Origin: Coniocarpon cinnabarinum
Taxonomy: Eukaryota
Assembly: GCA_051942205.1 (NCBI GenBank)
Contig: JAVECO010000122.1
Coordinates: 1-64,000, forward strand
DNA length: 64,000 nucleotides
Reading direction: 5' to 3'
Positions 36,888-49,336 of the stretch are shown here, one piece after another (the first letter of the stretch is position 1; the number at the start of each line of letters is the position of its first letter). Position numbers and translations under genes: made by a program. Under the pieces are notes generated by a model that did no database searches, was not told where the DNA came from, and saw nothing but the letters and a program-made list of their open reading frames with translations.

Positions 36888-38231
36888 TCATGAGGCGGAG
36901 TGATGATTCGGGTCAAGCATAGAACATGTAATTTTGCATATTAGTGCATAGTCAGGAAACATGCTTCGCAGTGTGTCGCTGGCCTCAGATCTGAAGGGCA
37001 GTGGCCTCGTCCGCACTTGGCACGCATTGGTGAATTGAGAAGACGGCATCATGGAAAAGTTAGTCGAGGATCACAAAACCCTTTTCATTTTCAAGTTTGA
37101 ATGTTTCGCAGGGACGTGCTTGCACCTACTTCTCTAGTCGCCTTGACAACTACAGTTCACGTGGTTTTGACAGTGTGCTGGATGGATGAAATTATATAGG
37201 CCTATGTAGACACGAATCGTTGTGCAAACGGCCCGAAAGTAAAGACCCACATTGCAGTAGTAGCTCTACGTATATCAGACGCTTTCAGATTAAGTTCTTG
37301 TATACGCCATGACTTTACGACCCAATCTGGTCTTTTCCCACTTAATATATTACAAGCAAGCACGCGATCCGTACACAATACTAGGATCAGAGGATGTCCG
37401 CAAGGGTTACGTTCTCCGTAAGCCCGCGTCTTCTACGTTGAAAAAGACTCTTACCGTGTTACGCTACTTTACCTCATACGCTACTGTACCTCATACGTCA
37501 CTTCACCTAATACGCCAATTTACCTTGTACGCCACCTCACCTCTCACTAATTCAACCCCGCTAATGTCTCATGCTGCTTCACCCTACGAATCTACCTGGT
37601 GCGTGGCAATAAGCGAAGGGCCTTTGTACTCACTGCGGGCTAGAAATGCCTTCGCTATCATTCTGTCATTGGGAAATTAACTTGATAAAGGTTGATAGCA
37701 ATAAAGCAACGCTTCTGACTATTGCGACTGCTCCTTGCTGAGACCGTAGGGGTTGCGCACATGGGAGTTAGATTGACTTGATTGAGTAATGGCATCATCC
37801 TGAAGTATTTCTTGAATATGCATTCAGCAATCAGAATTCGTTGTGCCTCGAATCAGGTCCCATTACTCGAGACAGCCATTCTCTTCACAACTCACGCAGT
37901 GAGCTTTGCCATTGCCTTGCTCGTGACTTGCCTGCATGGATCTTAAGTTGCCTCGACCGGTCTGTAATCAAATGGAGTTCACCAAGTCGCGTCATGGCAC
38001 GACCTCAGAGCAAAACAAATGGCCATGTACTTCATCGATGCGCTCTCCTTGCTTGAAGAGGGTGCCTTTATTAGCAATCAGTGGACTACAAGTAGCATGC
38101 GGGTGTATATCATGAGATCTGTGCTGATACGGCGAATGTAATGGACTCCTAGCCACCTTGCTGCTTGAAAGAAGTTTGAGCCATGGGAATGTTTGCAAGC
38201 GATTGTCGTTTCCTGCTCGCCAATGGCAAGC

Positions 38232-38831
38232 CGGCATATTGCTCCCATATACAAAAAAATGTTGGTAATTACTGATATATACATCGATATATTCGAAATT
38301 ACTGCAATATACGTATACGTATATGCCAGTTATAGTAAGATATTTTAAAAATATCGATATAACTATTGTATACATCTACTTACGTGTGATTATACGCTAC
38401 TATTATATTCTTAATTCTAAGGTATGACTACGCGCTTAACGCGTCTCTAACACACGCTAGTTGTACGCGCTTACATAACATGCTAAGGTTCTTATATACA
38501 ATTTATAATACTTTTTCTTAGTATAAAGTCTATAAGATTTTGTACTATATTACTCGCTACTAGTTCTTTTTTGCATCTTCTTAATTATATGTAAGATCAC
38601 GTGCAGATCACGTACCGATTACGTATAGATTCGCGTAGCCACATATTTCGCCTTAAGCCTTAGGCAACAATATCTATACGTGAGTAGATGTATACAATAG
38701 TTATATCGATATTTTTAAAATATCTTACTATAACTGGCATATACGTATACGTATATTGCAGTAATTTTGAATATATTGATGTATATATCAGTAATTACCA
38801 ACATTTTTTTGTATATGGGAGCAATATGCCG
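38232..38831. mobile_element. Non-autonomous Mutator-like (MULE) MITE, 600 bp
   Basis: Near-perfect ~154-bp TIRs (CGGCATATTGCTCCC...GGGAGCAATATGCCG) flanked by a perfect 10-bp direct repeat AATGGCAAGC (38222-38231 and 38832-38841). Confidence 0.92.
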
Positions 38832-38998
38832 AATGGCAAGCCATATCACGTGACCATGAAATCTTGGCGCACGAGTAAACTCCAGTTGAGCTTTGCTTCA
38901 TTTCAACCTTTGGGCTTCACCTTCACTTATATCCGCCTCGATCATCCCCTACTCTACTATATCTTACAGAGCTAAGTTATAGGTTGACATCGCTTATC

Positions 38999-40824
38999 AT
39001 GGCTACATCGAAGGGGGCGGAGGCAGCTGTGACTGGCGCCGAACCCGTGGTCAAGCCCTCGAACACTGGAAAGCAAATTGATGACTCCGACTATCCAATC
39101 CTCCTTCGAGGCCATAAGCAAAGTACGCCACCAAGTCTGTTGCTATATAAGCATCCAAGCACTGACTTTGCGCAGTGCAAGTGCGAACGAGCCATTTCCA
39201 CCCTATTCCTTGTGGATCAACGCCAGAGAGTCGTGATATCAAGTCGTACATTTCTTCAGGTGTGATAAATGTGGATAAACCCGCCAACCCCTCTAGCCAC
39301 GAGGTAGTCTCATGGATCAAGCGCATCCTGCGGTAAGAGCCGTTTACCTCTCCACTGATAACACTGGCTGACTCTTGCTATAGCTGTGAGAGGACCGGGC
39401 ACAGTGGCACCCTCGATCCAAAGGTCACTGGTTGTCTGATAGTTTGCATTGATCGTGCAACACGTCTTGTCAAGGCTCAGCAATCCGCTGGAAAAGAATA
39501 CGTTGTAATCGTGCGACTCCATGACAAGCTTCCTGGCGGAGAAGCCCAATTTGCTCAAGCTCTGGAACAAATGACCGGCGCGCTCTTCCAACGACCTCCC
39601 TTAATATCCGCCGTGAAGCGTCAACTTCGTGTCCGCACAATCCATGACGTAAACCTCATCGAGTTTGACAACGATCGCCGTCTTGGCTTGTTCAGAGTCA
39701 ACTGTGAAGCCGGGACGTACATTCGAACCCTCTGTGTGCACTTGGGAATGGTTCTAGGAGTCGGCGCCCACATGCAGGAGCTTCGGCGCTCACGCAGCGG
39801 AGTAGTCGATGAAAACAAAGACTGCTATCCTCTTCATGATCTTCTCGATGCGCAGTGGTTGTACGACGCTAAGAGAGATGAAAGCTATCTACGGAAGGTC
39901 ATTCAGCCCCTGGAGAATCTCTTGGTGGGCTACAAACGTGTCGTAGTGAAGGATTCCGCTGTCAATGCTGTGGTGAGTGTTGCAAAGATCATGCGCGAGA
40001 GGCAAGTTGCTGACGCGGTGTAGGTGTATGGCGCAAAGTTGATGCTGCCAGGCATTTTATATTTTGGTCAGTACAATCGCACCTCGCCGCATCAAAGCTT
40101 GCGCTAACAATAACAATCAGACAAGGGCATTGAAGTTTACGAAGAGATCGTCCTTATCACCACTAAGGGCGAGGCCATCGCTTTAGGAATCGCAATGATG
40201 GGCTCTCTGGATCTGGCCAACTGCGACCACGGTCCTGTCGCTAAAGTGAAACGCAACATTATGGAGCGCGACGTCTACCCTCGGAAATGGGGCCAAGGTC
40301 CTGTAGCGTCCGAGAAAAAGACACTCAAAGGTCAGGGCAAACTCGACAAATACGGCCGACCCAACGAGAACACCCCAGCAACTTGGAATGAGAAGTACGT
40401 CGACTACAATCAGCCCGAGGTCGACCTTGAAACAGCTCTCAAGAGCCAGGTGGCGGAGAAGACAGCCAAGGACGAAGTCTTCGAGGCGCCTCCCAAGAAC
40501 CCAGCCACTGGTGAGGCCGAAGTCAAAGAAGCAGCCGAAAATGAGCAGGTGGCCACAAATGGAGCGACCGAACACGCCATGGCAGTCGACGAAGCAGCCG
40601 TTAATGGCACAGTCTCTTCAGGCGACGATCTGCCCACTCCGAAGAAATCCAAATCCAAGCACGGAGACGATGCCAAGGCCGAAAAGAAGCGGTCTAAACA
40701 TGCTGCTAAAAAGGCGAAGGAATCAGTCGAGGAGCGCGGGGCTCGCAAAAAACGCAAGGAAGAGCGACGCGCCCGTAAAGCAGCTGCGAAGGCCGCGGAT
40801 GGGGACGAGTCCGACAGTGGTTGA
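38999..40824 (+). CDS. CBF5: H/ACA snoRNP pseudouridine synthase (dyskerin)
   Basis: [40 protein letters not shown] domain, [11 protein letters not shown], Lys-rich tail; four short introns. Confidence 0.97.
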
Positions 40825-41213
40825 GATGGTAAGTTTGATGCGTGACTCTCTTGCCTGTGTGCCTGCGCGCTTGCCCATTTGCATCCAAAACATCCATGCC
40901 ATCATGAGTGATATCCCAACATCGAGGCGTTTATGGGAGGTTATTTGCTGAAACTTCGGATGAGGAAAAAGGTTCTGGATCCTATTTTGGATTGATCTCT
41001 GTGTACATTACATGATACATCCCGCACTAGCATGAGCATGAGCGCGGAGTCCGGCGATGGAGAACAGTCCCGATACTAAGAGATCGAGAGCAATCTCGAC
41101 GTGGTGAGCGTATGCCACATTTGATGAATCAATGTCGTCAGCAGCTTGACCACCTTCAAATCTCATCGCATGCATGTCGCCCACATCTTACTATGCAAGT
41201 CCTGTTCACCGTC

Positions 41214-42586
41214 TTACCCCTTCAATACCGATGACCAATCCTTCGACCTCAGATACTCCTCCACACCCATCAACTCGTCCTTGTTCACCCCTAAATCCCA
41301 AGGCCTCCTCACATCCGGATCACCCCCATCATATCCAATCTCCCCCGCATACCGAAAAGTATCCCACACCTCGTCATAAAGCAGCGGTCCAAACACGGCT
41401 TCTAGATCCTCCTTGGGCATCGTCACGTACTTGCACTGGACGCCGTGCACTTTGGCCCACGTCTGAGTCCAGTCCGGAAGGCTCATCTCTTCGCTTGTCC
41501 CGAGGAGTGTGGTGCCCGCAGGACTTGAAACCAGCGCTTCGGCGAAGCGGCCGGTGTCATGGGATGGATCGACCATGGGGACTAGCGTTGAGGGTTTGGG
41601 ATTGGCGTGCGTGAAGAGGAATGTGCCGTCTGGTTGCTAGAGGAAAGGCGTTAGCTTCGACAGTGCATCACCTGACTTGGTCTTCGCACCGAGTGCAACC
41701 AAAATCCCACCATGGAGGCGAAGGAGGGCGTACCTTGCGCGGTGCGGAGGGCCCTGGATCTAGATTCGACAAGTAGAAGCCCACCTGCAACCACGAGGTC
41801 TTGCTCGCCAAGTCTGGTAATTGCTCCTCAATGTAGCGCTGCACGGCGGCTTTGCCGTCGAAGTGGTAGTTATGCGTGATGGTGCCATTGCTCCATTTCT
41901 TGGTGTCGCTGAGGGTGCTCCAGATGTAGCGGTGAAGCGTCGGCGTTTGGGCAGCGGCGTCGGCCATATTCTGGCCTTGGCGCATCTCGAGGTGCATGGC
42001 TGCCTCGTTGAGAGGAATGGATTGAGATTGGGCGAGGGTTTGAGTGATAGGAAGGTCAAGGAGGCCCTGTTGCAAGCGTTAGATGGGAGAACGACAGGCT
42101 TATATTGACAAACTCATGGAGGTTGTAATGGAGGTTGTAATGGAAAGGCGCGTGCGAATCAGTATCGAGTGATGATGATGGGGTCGAGGGGGGAGAGGGG
42201 CGTGGGGAGGTGGCGAGGAATAATGGAGGCCTCACCCAGAAGTTTGTCATGCCAAAGATGACATCTGCGCCATCGAAAGCTCTGATGAGTGAGGAGACAT
42301 CGTCGACATCACCCTTGACGACTTCGGCGCCGAGGGCTTTGAGAGGCTCAGTGGAAGAAGACGAGGGATTGCGGGTGACAGCGCGGATCCGGTAATTGAG
42401 CTTGGTGAAATGGCGGACGACTGCGATTGTCAGAAGAGCTTCGCAAGTACAGGACCTGATCTCTGCATCCAAGCATCATTGTCGAGATGGTCGTCGCCGA
42501 ACAAGAACTGGTTCCGTGGGAGATGTGCACTGACCAGAGCCGCCTTGATTACCAGTGGCACCTGTAACAACGATGAGTGGGGCCAT
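41214..42586 (-). CDS. NmrA-like NAD(P)-binding protein
   Basis: MAPLIVVTGATGNQGGS, RAVTRNPSS, FGMTNFW, IWSTL, HFDGK; multi-exon. Confidence 0.88.
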
Positions 42587-42984
42587 ACCTTCTGTAATAT
42601 TCTAGTATCAACGTACCGAATTCTTAGCGATGCTGTGTATATGAGGACTTTCTATCCCCTAGGTGGCGCTCTGATGTCACATGTGGTGAAGCTATCGGCT
42701 TTTGTCGCGTTTAGATTAATCAGCGCATTCCGGTCTTGCTTTTCGCGCCGACATAGCATGCATCCTCCGTGTAACCTGGAAGCATTGTTTATGTGCTTTG
42801 CAATCCAACGGTTCGGTGCATAATATGCATAGCGCCGGATGAGGATAGTACAATTTTTCTGTCATATCCCTCTGGATGGGAGGGTTACCTCACTTGAGTA
42901 CACAGCTGGGTGGACACCACACGAGACAGACAAGGTTTCGCTTGATCCAAAGAAAGAAATTCTCTCGTGGATCTTTAGTGCCAC

Positions 42985-44928
42985 TCACGCACCACTCTTG
43001 CCCCAACGATAACCGTCTTCTATCATCCAATAACCTCCCGCCTCTTCGAAGCGCTTGTCGAAGCTTTGCTCGTCGATTTCTTTGATTGGCCGCGCCTCAA
43101 CCTGTCCCCAGTCCGTGCAAAGGACGTCAGCATGCAGATCGGCCTACGACTAAAGTGTTAGCGTTCGTGGTTGATTGGCACGCGGTGGCCACGTTTCGAA
43201 CACCGAGTCACTTGCCTCTGTTAGTTTCAAGACAGACATGTCCTTCGAGCTGATCGGTGTTCCATCCTTGTCAAAATCCTCATCTCCGGTCAGTATCGGC
43301 TCCTTGGTATTGTTGTAATAATATCCAGCGCTCCAGTATCTCAATCCCACATTGTAGTCGACGTTGTCCCACTGTTCATCTACAAGACTCCGTTTGTAAT
43401 GAGTAAAAATGCCTCCAACATTTTCTCTTAATCTTGTCAAAAGTGGAGCCGACACCGATTTCAAAGTACCTCCATGGAAGAACGCGATGCCGCTTTGTCC
43501 TACACCGTTTACAAGATGCCCGTCTCTAGCGTCAGGGTGATGCTGCGCAAAGGTATGCCCACAGTAGTCTAACTGCACTTGTCCGTAAACTTCCTGCTCC
43601 GCTAAGAACCCCATGCTGGTGATCCACTTTCTCGGGGTTCCAAATTCCGTCTGTAAAGCGTGCCATGCAAACCTAAAGAGGTCCTTGTCACCCAGCAAAG
43701 TGTCGTGCCAGTATGGTTGCTCGCCCCAGAATGCGGCCAACTGCAAGTGATAGAAAAACTTGCGTTTATCAACCAGTACTTGTCCGCTCTCGAATTCGTA
43801 CTCGTTCTTTCGACAAGCCGTGTTCGTGATCGCCCAAGCCGGGTGCTCGGCACGCGTTCGGGACATATCTGGCCAAAAGACGGAGCCATAACGCTTGTAG
43901 GTCTCCGATTCCCACAAAAGTGCGGGGTCGATCGCCGGTATATTGTCAGCATCTAGTAGCAAGGGCTCTGCGAAGCGCGAGCTAACGACTGCTGCTGTTT
44001 TGAGATTGTAGTTGATCTTGACTTTCTTATTATACGTAGATTTGAGTATCTGGTCAGAAGAGGCAAGATCGTTGAAGTAGAGGGCAGTTCCAAGAGTATC
44101 AGGATGATGATAAAGGCCGAGCAATTCGGCCTTAGTAGCATCATCAAGCTCCTCGCCAAAGTAATGCAATTCAACAGAAACTGTAGATTTAAGGGTCAGG
44201 AGCGAACGTAAGATAGCCTTTGCACGCTTGATAGACTTTGGATGGCCTGCGACGATGACAATCCCTCTTCCATCGAAGCGATGCGAAACAGAAGACCAGG
44301 GAATGAGACCGTTCTGGACGAATTGTTGCCATTGATGACGCTGGTAGGCAATGACGATGTCAGGCGTGTGATTGACGCGCCAAGGAGCGTCTTCATTGAA
44401 TTGGAAGGACGCGAGCTCCTTGTCGGTCCATATGCAAGTTTTCATAGCGTCTGCCACTGTGAGGTTGGGCACCGATTGAAGCGCGGCAAAATGCGGTAAG
44501 AACGCATCGGCTGATGGCAGACTGTGGGCGTCTGAGACAAGGGAGGCTTTCATCTCGGGATGCGAGCCTATGCCCGCAAACAGTGTGTCTGTTGGGACCG
44601 CATCTGTCACCACTTGCGTGGGACCCGAATCAGACACTGTGACAGACGCATCACCGACAGCATTGGTGAGGGACTGAGCGTATCGCCCGTCCTCGAGCGC
44701 ATCATGGTGTGGTCCGATAGGTCCACTTTGCAGGATAGATTGATGCTCCGGTGGATCTTTTGCTACAAGCGCTAAAGGCTTCGAGCCGCTGAAATAAGGA
44801 AGCCGAAAGGAGGCTCCCCTCAAGACTTCTGGTTTGCTCACAACAATTGTCTGACATGCTATCGCAATGGTAAACAAGCCGGCGATGATCCATTTCCTTG
44901 GACCCCTGAACAGACAGGAGACAGACAT
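42985..44928 (-). CDS. GT71 (Mnn2-like) alpha-mannosyltransferase
   Basis: Type II TM, GRGIVIVAG, LLLDADN, FWPD, FESGQ..VDK, GDKDLFRFAW; a probable GC-AG intron 43215-43144 adds the terminal exon ADLHADVLCTDW...GGYW. Confidence 0.9.
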
Positions 44929-46569
44929 CTCTGAGTGTGTCTAGGCGCGTGCATCGCTACGGGTCTCGCGTCGGACAATTATTCGGTGGCTTGCCAACGA
45001 GGCTTGAGGCTCCTGCTCTGTGCGCAGCAATGAAGCCGGACGAGCATGGCGCTAGAGATGGCGCTCAGTGCGCACACTGCTTCTTAAAGCTCTGCTTGAG
45101 GGATCTTGCTAGCCGTGAGGATCCCATTGTTGGGTTCTTGAAGCGGCCGAGGAGAGTTCTGGATAGGAGAGAGTTGGTCGTTTCTTGGGATTGGAAGAGG
45201 GACGGTCTGGCCCAAGAATACCGGATTGGGATGTGATATACACGGCAAGTTCCTTGTTGTCTCATTTGATTTGCGGAAATGAATTATTACCGGGAGCGGT
45301 GCCTCTCCGGGCGGGGAATTCTGCACAAAATGACAAGCTCGTCAATTAATGCCGGCCGTGATTCACGCCCATGCAGACCAATATCGGTTGTGGCGTTGTG
45401 GCGTCCACTCCATACAATGTTTTTGTGCCAAGCATTAAGGAGGATGTACGGAGTATGTGAGGTGTTGAGGCATGGTAATCAAAATCGTGGCGCAAATGCA
45501 ATAGCGGGAATGATACACTATTCACTTGAGTTTTCGAGACTTGGTCAAGGCTCTGCATCTTGAGGTCAATCTCCCAACGAATCACTCGGCGTATGCCCAC
45601 TCAAACAACCTAAGTGTACCAAGCTTAATGGAAAACACTTTTCGAACCGGCTTTATGCGCGACCACTTGTGCGAGCTACCCATTGTCAAAATAATGCGAC
45701 TATGCCGCGCGACTCTGGCATGGTCAAAAGATTGCGTGGATTCTGACAATTCAGTTTTGTATCATGGGTCGTGTAGGGTAGACAGTACGCGTAGGTTGAA
45801 AGCTGTGCCGAGTAGGGACTTTCCGGTTGGCCTGCGACAGCCCAATGACGCAAGAAACAGTCGAGCTTTGAGACCTGCAACGGGTTCAAGATGAGGCAGA
45901 TGATGAATGATGACAGCAAGACGCTGCTGAGAACGATGGTCGAGTAGCGGCTGCTGTCCGTACATCTATTCGGCTGTTGTCCGATGCAAGACCGCATGCT
46001 CGGACCGTCGTGTCGGAAGATGGAAAAGTCATGCGGCGCCAACGTGCGGAGCCTCAGACAACGCAGGGTGCCCACACGTTTCATTGAAAAAGCCGGGCGC
46101 TTGTGGCCAGCCCTGCAGCGCTGCAGCGTGCGTGTCCTGCATGTCGAGGATGATACACTGCAGGTGTGGTTTGAGACGCCGACGGCGGCGGCGATGTGCC
46201 AAACGAGGCGCCTTGCTGAGCGACGAGTCGGGGGGCTGCTCTTTTAGGAAGGTCGATATAGTTCCTGAATCGAACTTCCCCAGCTTTTAACGCCTGTTAC
46301 TCCGTATGTATGACTTCAGTTCATTTTGGCTTCCAGAAGCCCAATTTCATCACCCTGGAAGCTGCTGGCTCAAAAGTCTCGTGCAGGACACATGCCGCAC
46401 CGTCTGCGCCGTCGACACTCCGCGACCCTCGCCATGTCTGCTTAAATGCCGGGCACACACCCACTCGCCTGTCCCACTTCGCACTAACGGATGTCCGAGT
46501 GCCCGCACGCTTCATGGACGCAGAGAACTCCCGAGGGCCGGCCCAGTTATAGCATCGAATTCCTGAGAG

Positions 46570-49336
46570 ATGAGTCGATCGGCGCCTTCGACCACTAGGC
46601 TCTCGTGCCCCTCATGCAGCGAGACATTCGCTCGCTCCGAGCATTTGACGCGCCACCTGCGAAAGCATACGGGAGAGAAGCCATTTTTGTGCAGTGTTCG
46701 TGAATGGCGCGACTTTCATCAAAGCTCATGTCGAAGCTGACAAGTGCATGTAGTGGTGTGGAAAGGACTTCGCCCGCTCGTATGGCTGCGATGTTGCTCT
46801 TGCGCCATAAAAGCAAGCTAATTGAAGATTATAGTGACTCCATGAAACGGCACGAGACGCTACACCTCGGATCTCCCAAGACCCGCAGACCATCTCATGC
46901 ACGCTCAATGCGCAGGTTTTCAAGTAATTCACGTGGAGGCGCCGCTGCAGTGGGTAAGAGCAACGGTCATGGCAACGCCGTCAAGCCTCCTCAGCTCGGC
47001 TCTCTGGACGAGCACATGTCCCCCAAGTCGCCCTTGTCAGATGCTACTGACAATTCTACGGGTCTGGATTACTTCCCCGCTATAATGCCAGACCCTGCAC
47101 CTCAGGAGCTCAGCAGTGATCTGGGAGAACTGGGCAATCTGGATCCAATGCAAATGTCTAGTACAAATTGGTTGCCCCCAGCACCCGGTGGTCAACTCAG
47201 TATAGATCCATTTAACGTCCTGCTAGAATCTCAGCCGAATTGGACATTGCCATCAGATTTGGCTGCTCAGCACAGCAACGGCGGCGTGGCTACGAGCCCG
47301 CTTGAGTTGCCTGCCAATCCCTTTAGCATGCCAGAAATACCCATGGGTCGCACATTGTCCTCCCAGGTAAAACGCATGCCAAGCGGAGATGCTCTCGGAT
47401 GTGAATCCCCACGATCGTTCTCCTCAATTGACTCGTCCGATCATAGCAGCCAAGCTCCCTCTGGAGAGTTCTATGTTGATGGCGGGGCCACACGGTTGCC
47501 CAAAGGAAGGAAGCGCCGCACCTCGGTCCACAGCACACAAGGTATCTCTCCAGGCTACGGATCTCACATGTCGCGTCTTTCCCTTGCAAATCATCAATCG
47601 CACAGCAGACAAGATCACCCTCCAAATTACGTGAATGGCTACAACTACAGTCTGATGCTGGAAGCATTCCATCAAACGTGCTCCCAGGCACAGTCTTCAT
47701 TTCAGCCATTCGAAGAAGACGTTTTCCTGCCGCCGCTGATTGTAGATGATCTCGTGTCGTTGGCAGTCGAGCACTTCTTGCCTACGATGCCTTTTATTCA
47801 CAAAGCTCGGCTGCGATCTCAGGGTTCTTCGTGGATCTTATATTTGGCTCTGGCTACCATAGGGACCCATTACGAGCTCGACATTCTTGATGAGAGGGTG
47901 TTCAGTATGAATGAATTACTTCGCAGGGCACTTGCTTGGGTCGAGGTATGAGATGGCACGGCGTAAGGAGGTGAGCCTCAGCTAACGAACCTTAGGGCGA
48001 ATCCATGGCGGAGCAGGTCCCGGATGTTGAGTCTGCACAAGCCACTGTCCTTTCTTGCATCACCCTTCTTTATAGCAGCAGCCCACTTCACGAAAAGTTC
48101 GGCATGGCAGCCTTTATGAGTGTGGTTGGGTTTTCAAATCGGGATTGGGCCAACATCCTCGCCTCAGCTAATGTTCCGGCTACTTGGGACGACTGGATCA
48201 CACAACAATCGATCATTCGTACAGTGTACGCGATCTGGCTATTGGACTGTATAATGGGCTATCAAATCTATGGACACAATCTCATGCATCTCAAAGATCC
48301 AATCCTACCTCTTCCTGTCAACGAGAGCGCTTGGTTAGCAGAGACCGAAGACATTTTCATATGGCACAGGATGAGTAATACCACTGACGGACTTCCTCTT
48401 CGGAATGCGATGGAAGCGCTATACATCGACCGCCACATCGACCCCATCATCGGAGAGTTTGGTCGTGTTCTGCTGCTTCATTCTGTAATCCGTCAGACTT
48501 GGGCGATGCTTGACCATTCAAAGTCACGCCTAACTAATTGGGAGCCTCAGGCCACTCCAGGTACTCAATCACCAGCAGGCGATCAGCCTAATGATGACTT
48601 CTGGCCTCCTGGTAACTCTTTCTTCGCCAAATGGCGAAACGCAGCTTGTGATGCGGTGGATGTACTGCATTGGCAGGCCAATGCTACAGTGGGTGCCAAT
48701 CAAGGCTTAGAGCATCCAACGATGCTTTTCCTTCACCTAGCTCGTGTAATTTTGCTGAGCCCTTTTGGGAGCATACGCGAAATGGCGCTTGCATTAGCCA
48801 GTCAGAAGTCTCTCACACAACAGCAAATGTCGATGACGTCTCAAGAAATTGCTCGATGGGCTCAAGAAGATTGCTTCAAGGCACGCCTTGCCATCATACA
48901 TGCCGGCTCAATCCTGTGGCATGTTCGACGACACTCATTGGACAGCTTCTATGAGCCATCTGCGGTTTTCATCGCAACCTTATGTTTATGGGCATACGGC
49001 TCTGTATTCGCTACATCTGGAGTTAACCAGCTCGGCTTGCCACTTGCAGCGGATGCTAATGAAGAGGAAGACCCTATGCCTGAGCTCTTGCAGCTGGATC
49101 GACCGTGCGACGATGAACTCATCCAGCTGTTTGTTGGAAATGCAGACAAGATCAAGGGCTACGTGGCTGGCGTGGGCTACCTGTGCTCTCCAGAAGGACC
49201 TAAGAAGGTACTTGGCGTCGGCTGTCAGATTCTGCGCTTCGGCCGCAACTGGGATCTTGATGGTGGCTATACCCGCATCCTCCGTGCGGTTCAGGAGCGC
49301 TCCATATTCAGTCCGAAGACAGCCGCTAACGACTGA
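46570..49336 (+). CDS. C2H2 zinc-finger transcription factor with fungal-specific TF domain
   Basis: [47 protein letters not shown] (introns 46696-46753, 46780-46834, 47946-47995); [36 protein letters not shown]. Confidence 0.9.

Noticed and set aside
37455..37560. Degenerate ACCTCATACG-like repeats
   Set aside because: Short, irregular low-complexity sequence; not CRISPR-like.
37992..38975. Twin ORFs starting MYTIVISIFLKY on opposite strands
   Set aside because: Artefact of the MITE terminal inverted repeats.
16923..38998. Starship or other giant transposon as carrier of the island
   Set aside because: No tyrosine-recombinase captain, transposase or convincing boundary repeats seen.
42116..42144. 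12-bp tandem repeat ATGGAGGTTGTA
   Set aside because: Ordinary intronic minisatellite in the NmrA-like gene.
46570..49336. C2H2 TF and NmrA as cluster regulators
   Set aside because: Separated from the cluster by CBF5; no sequence evidence of linkage.
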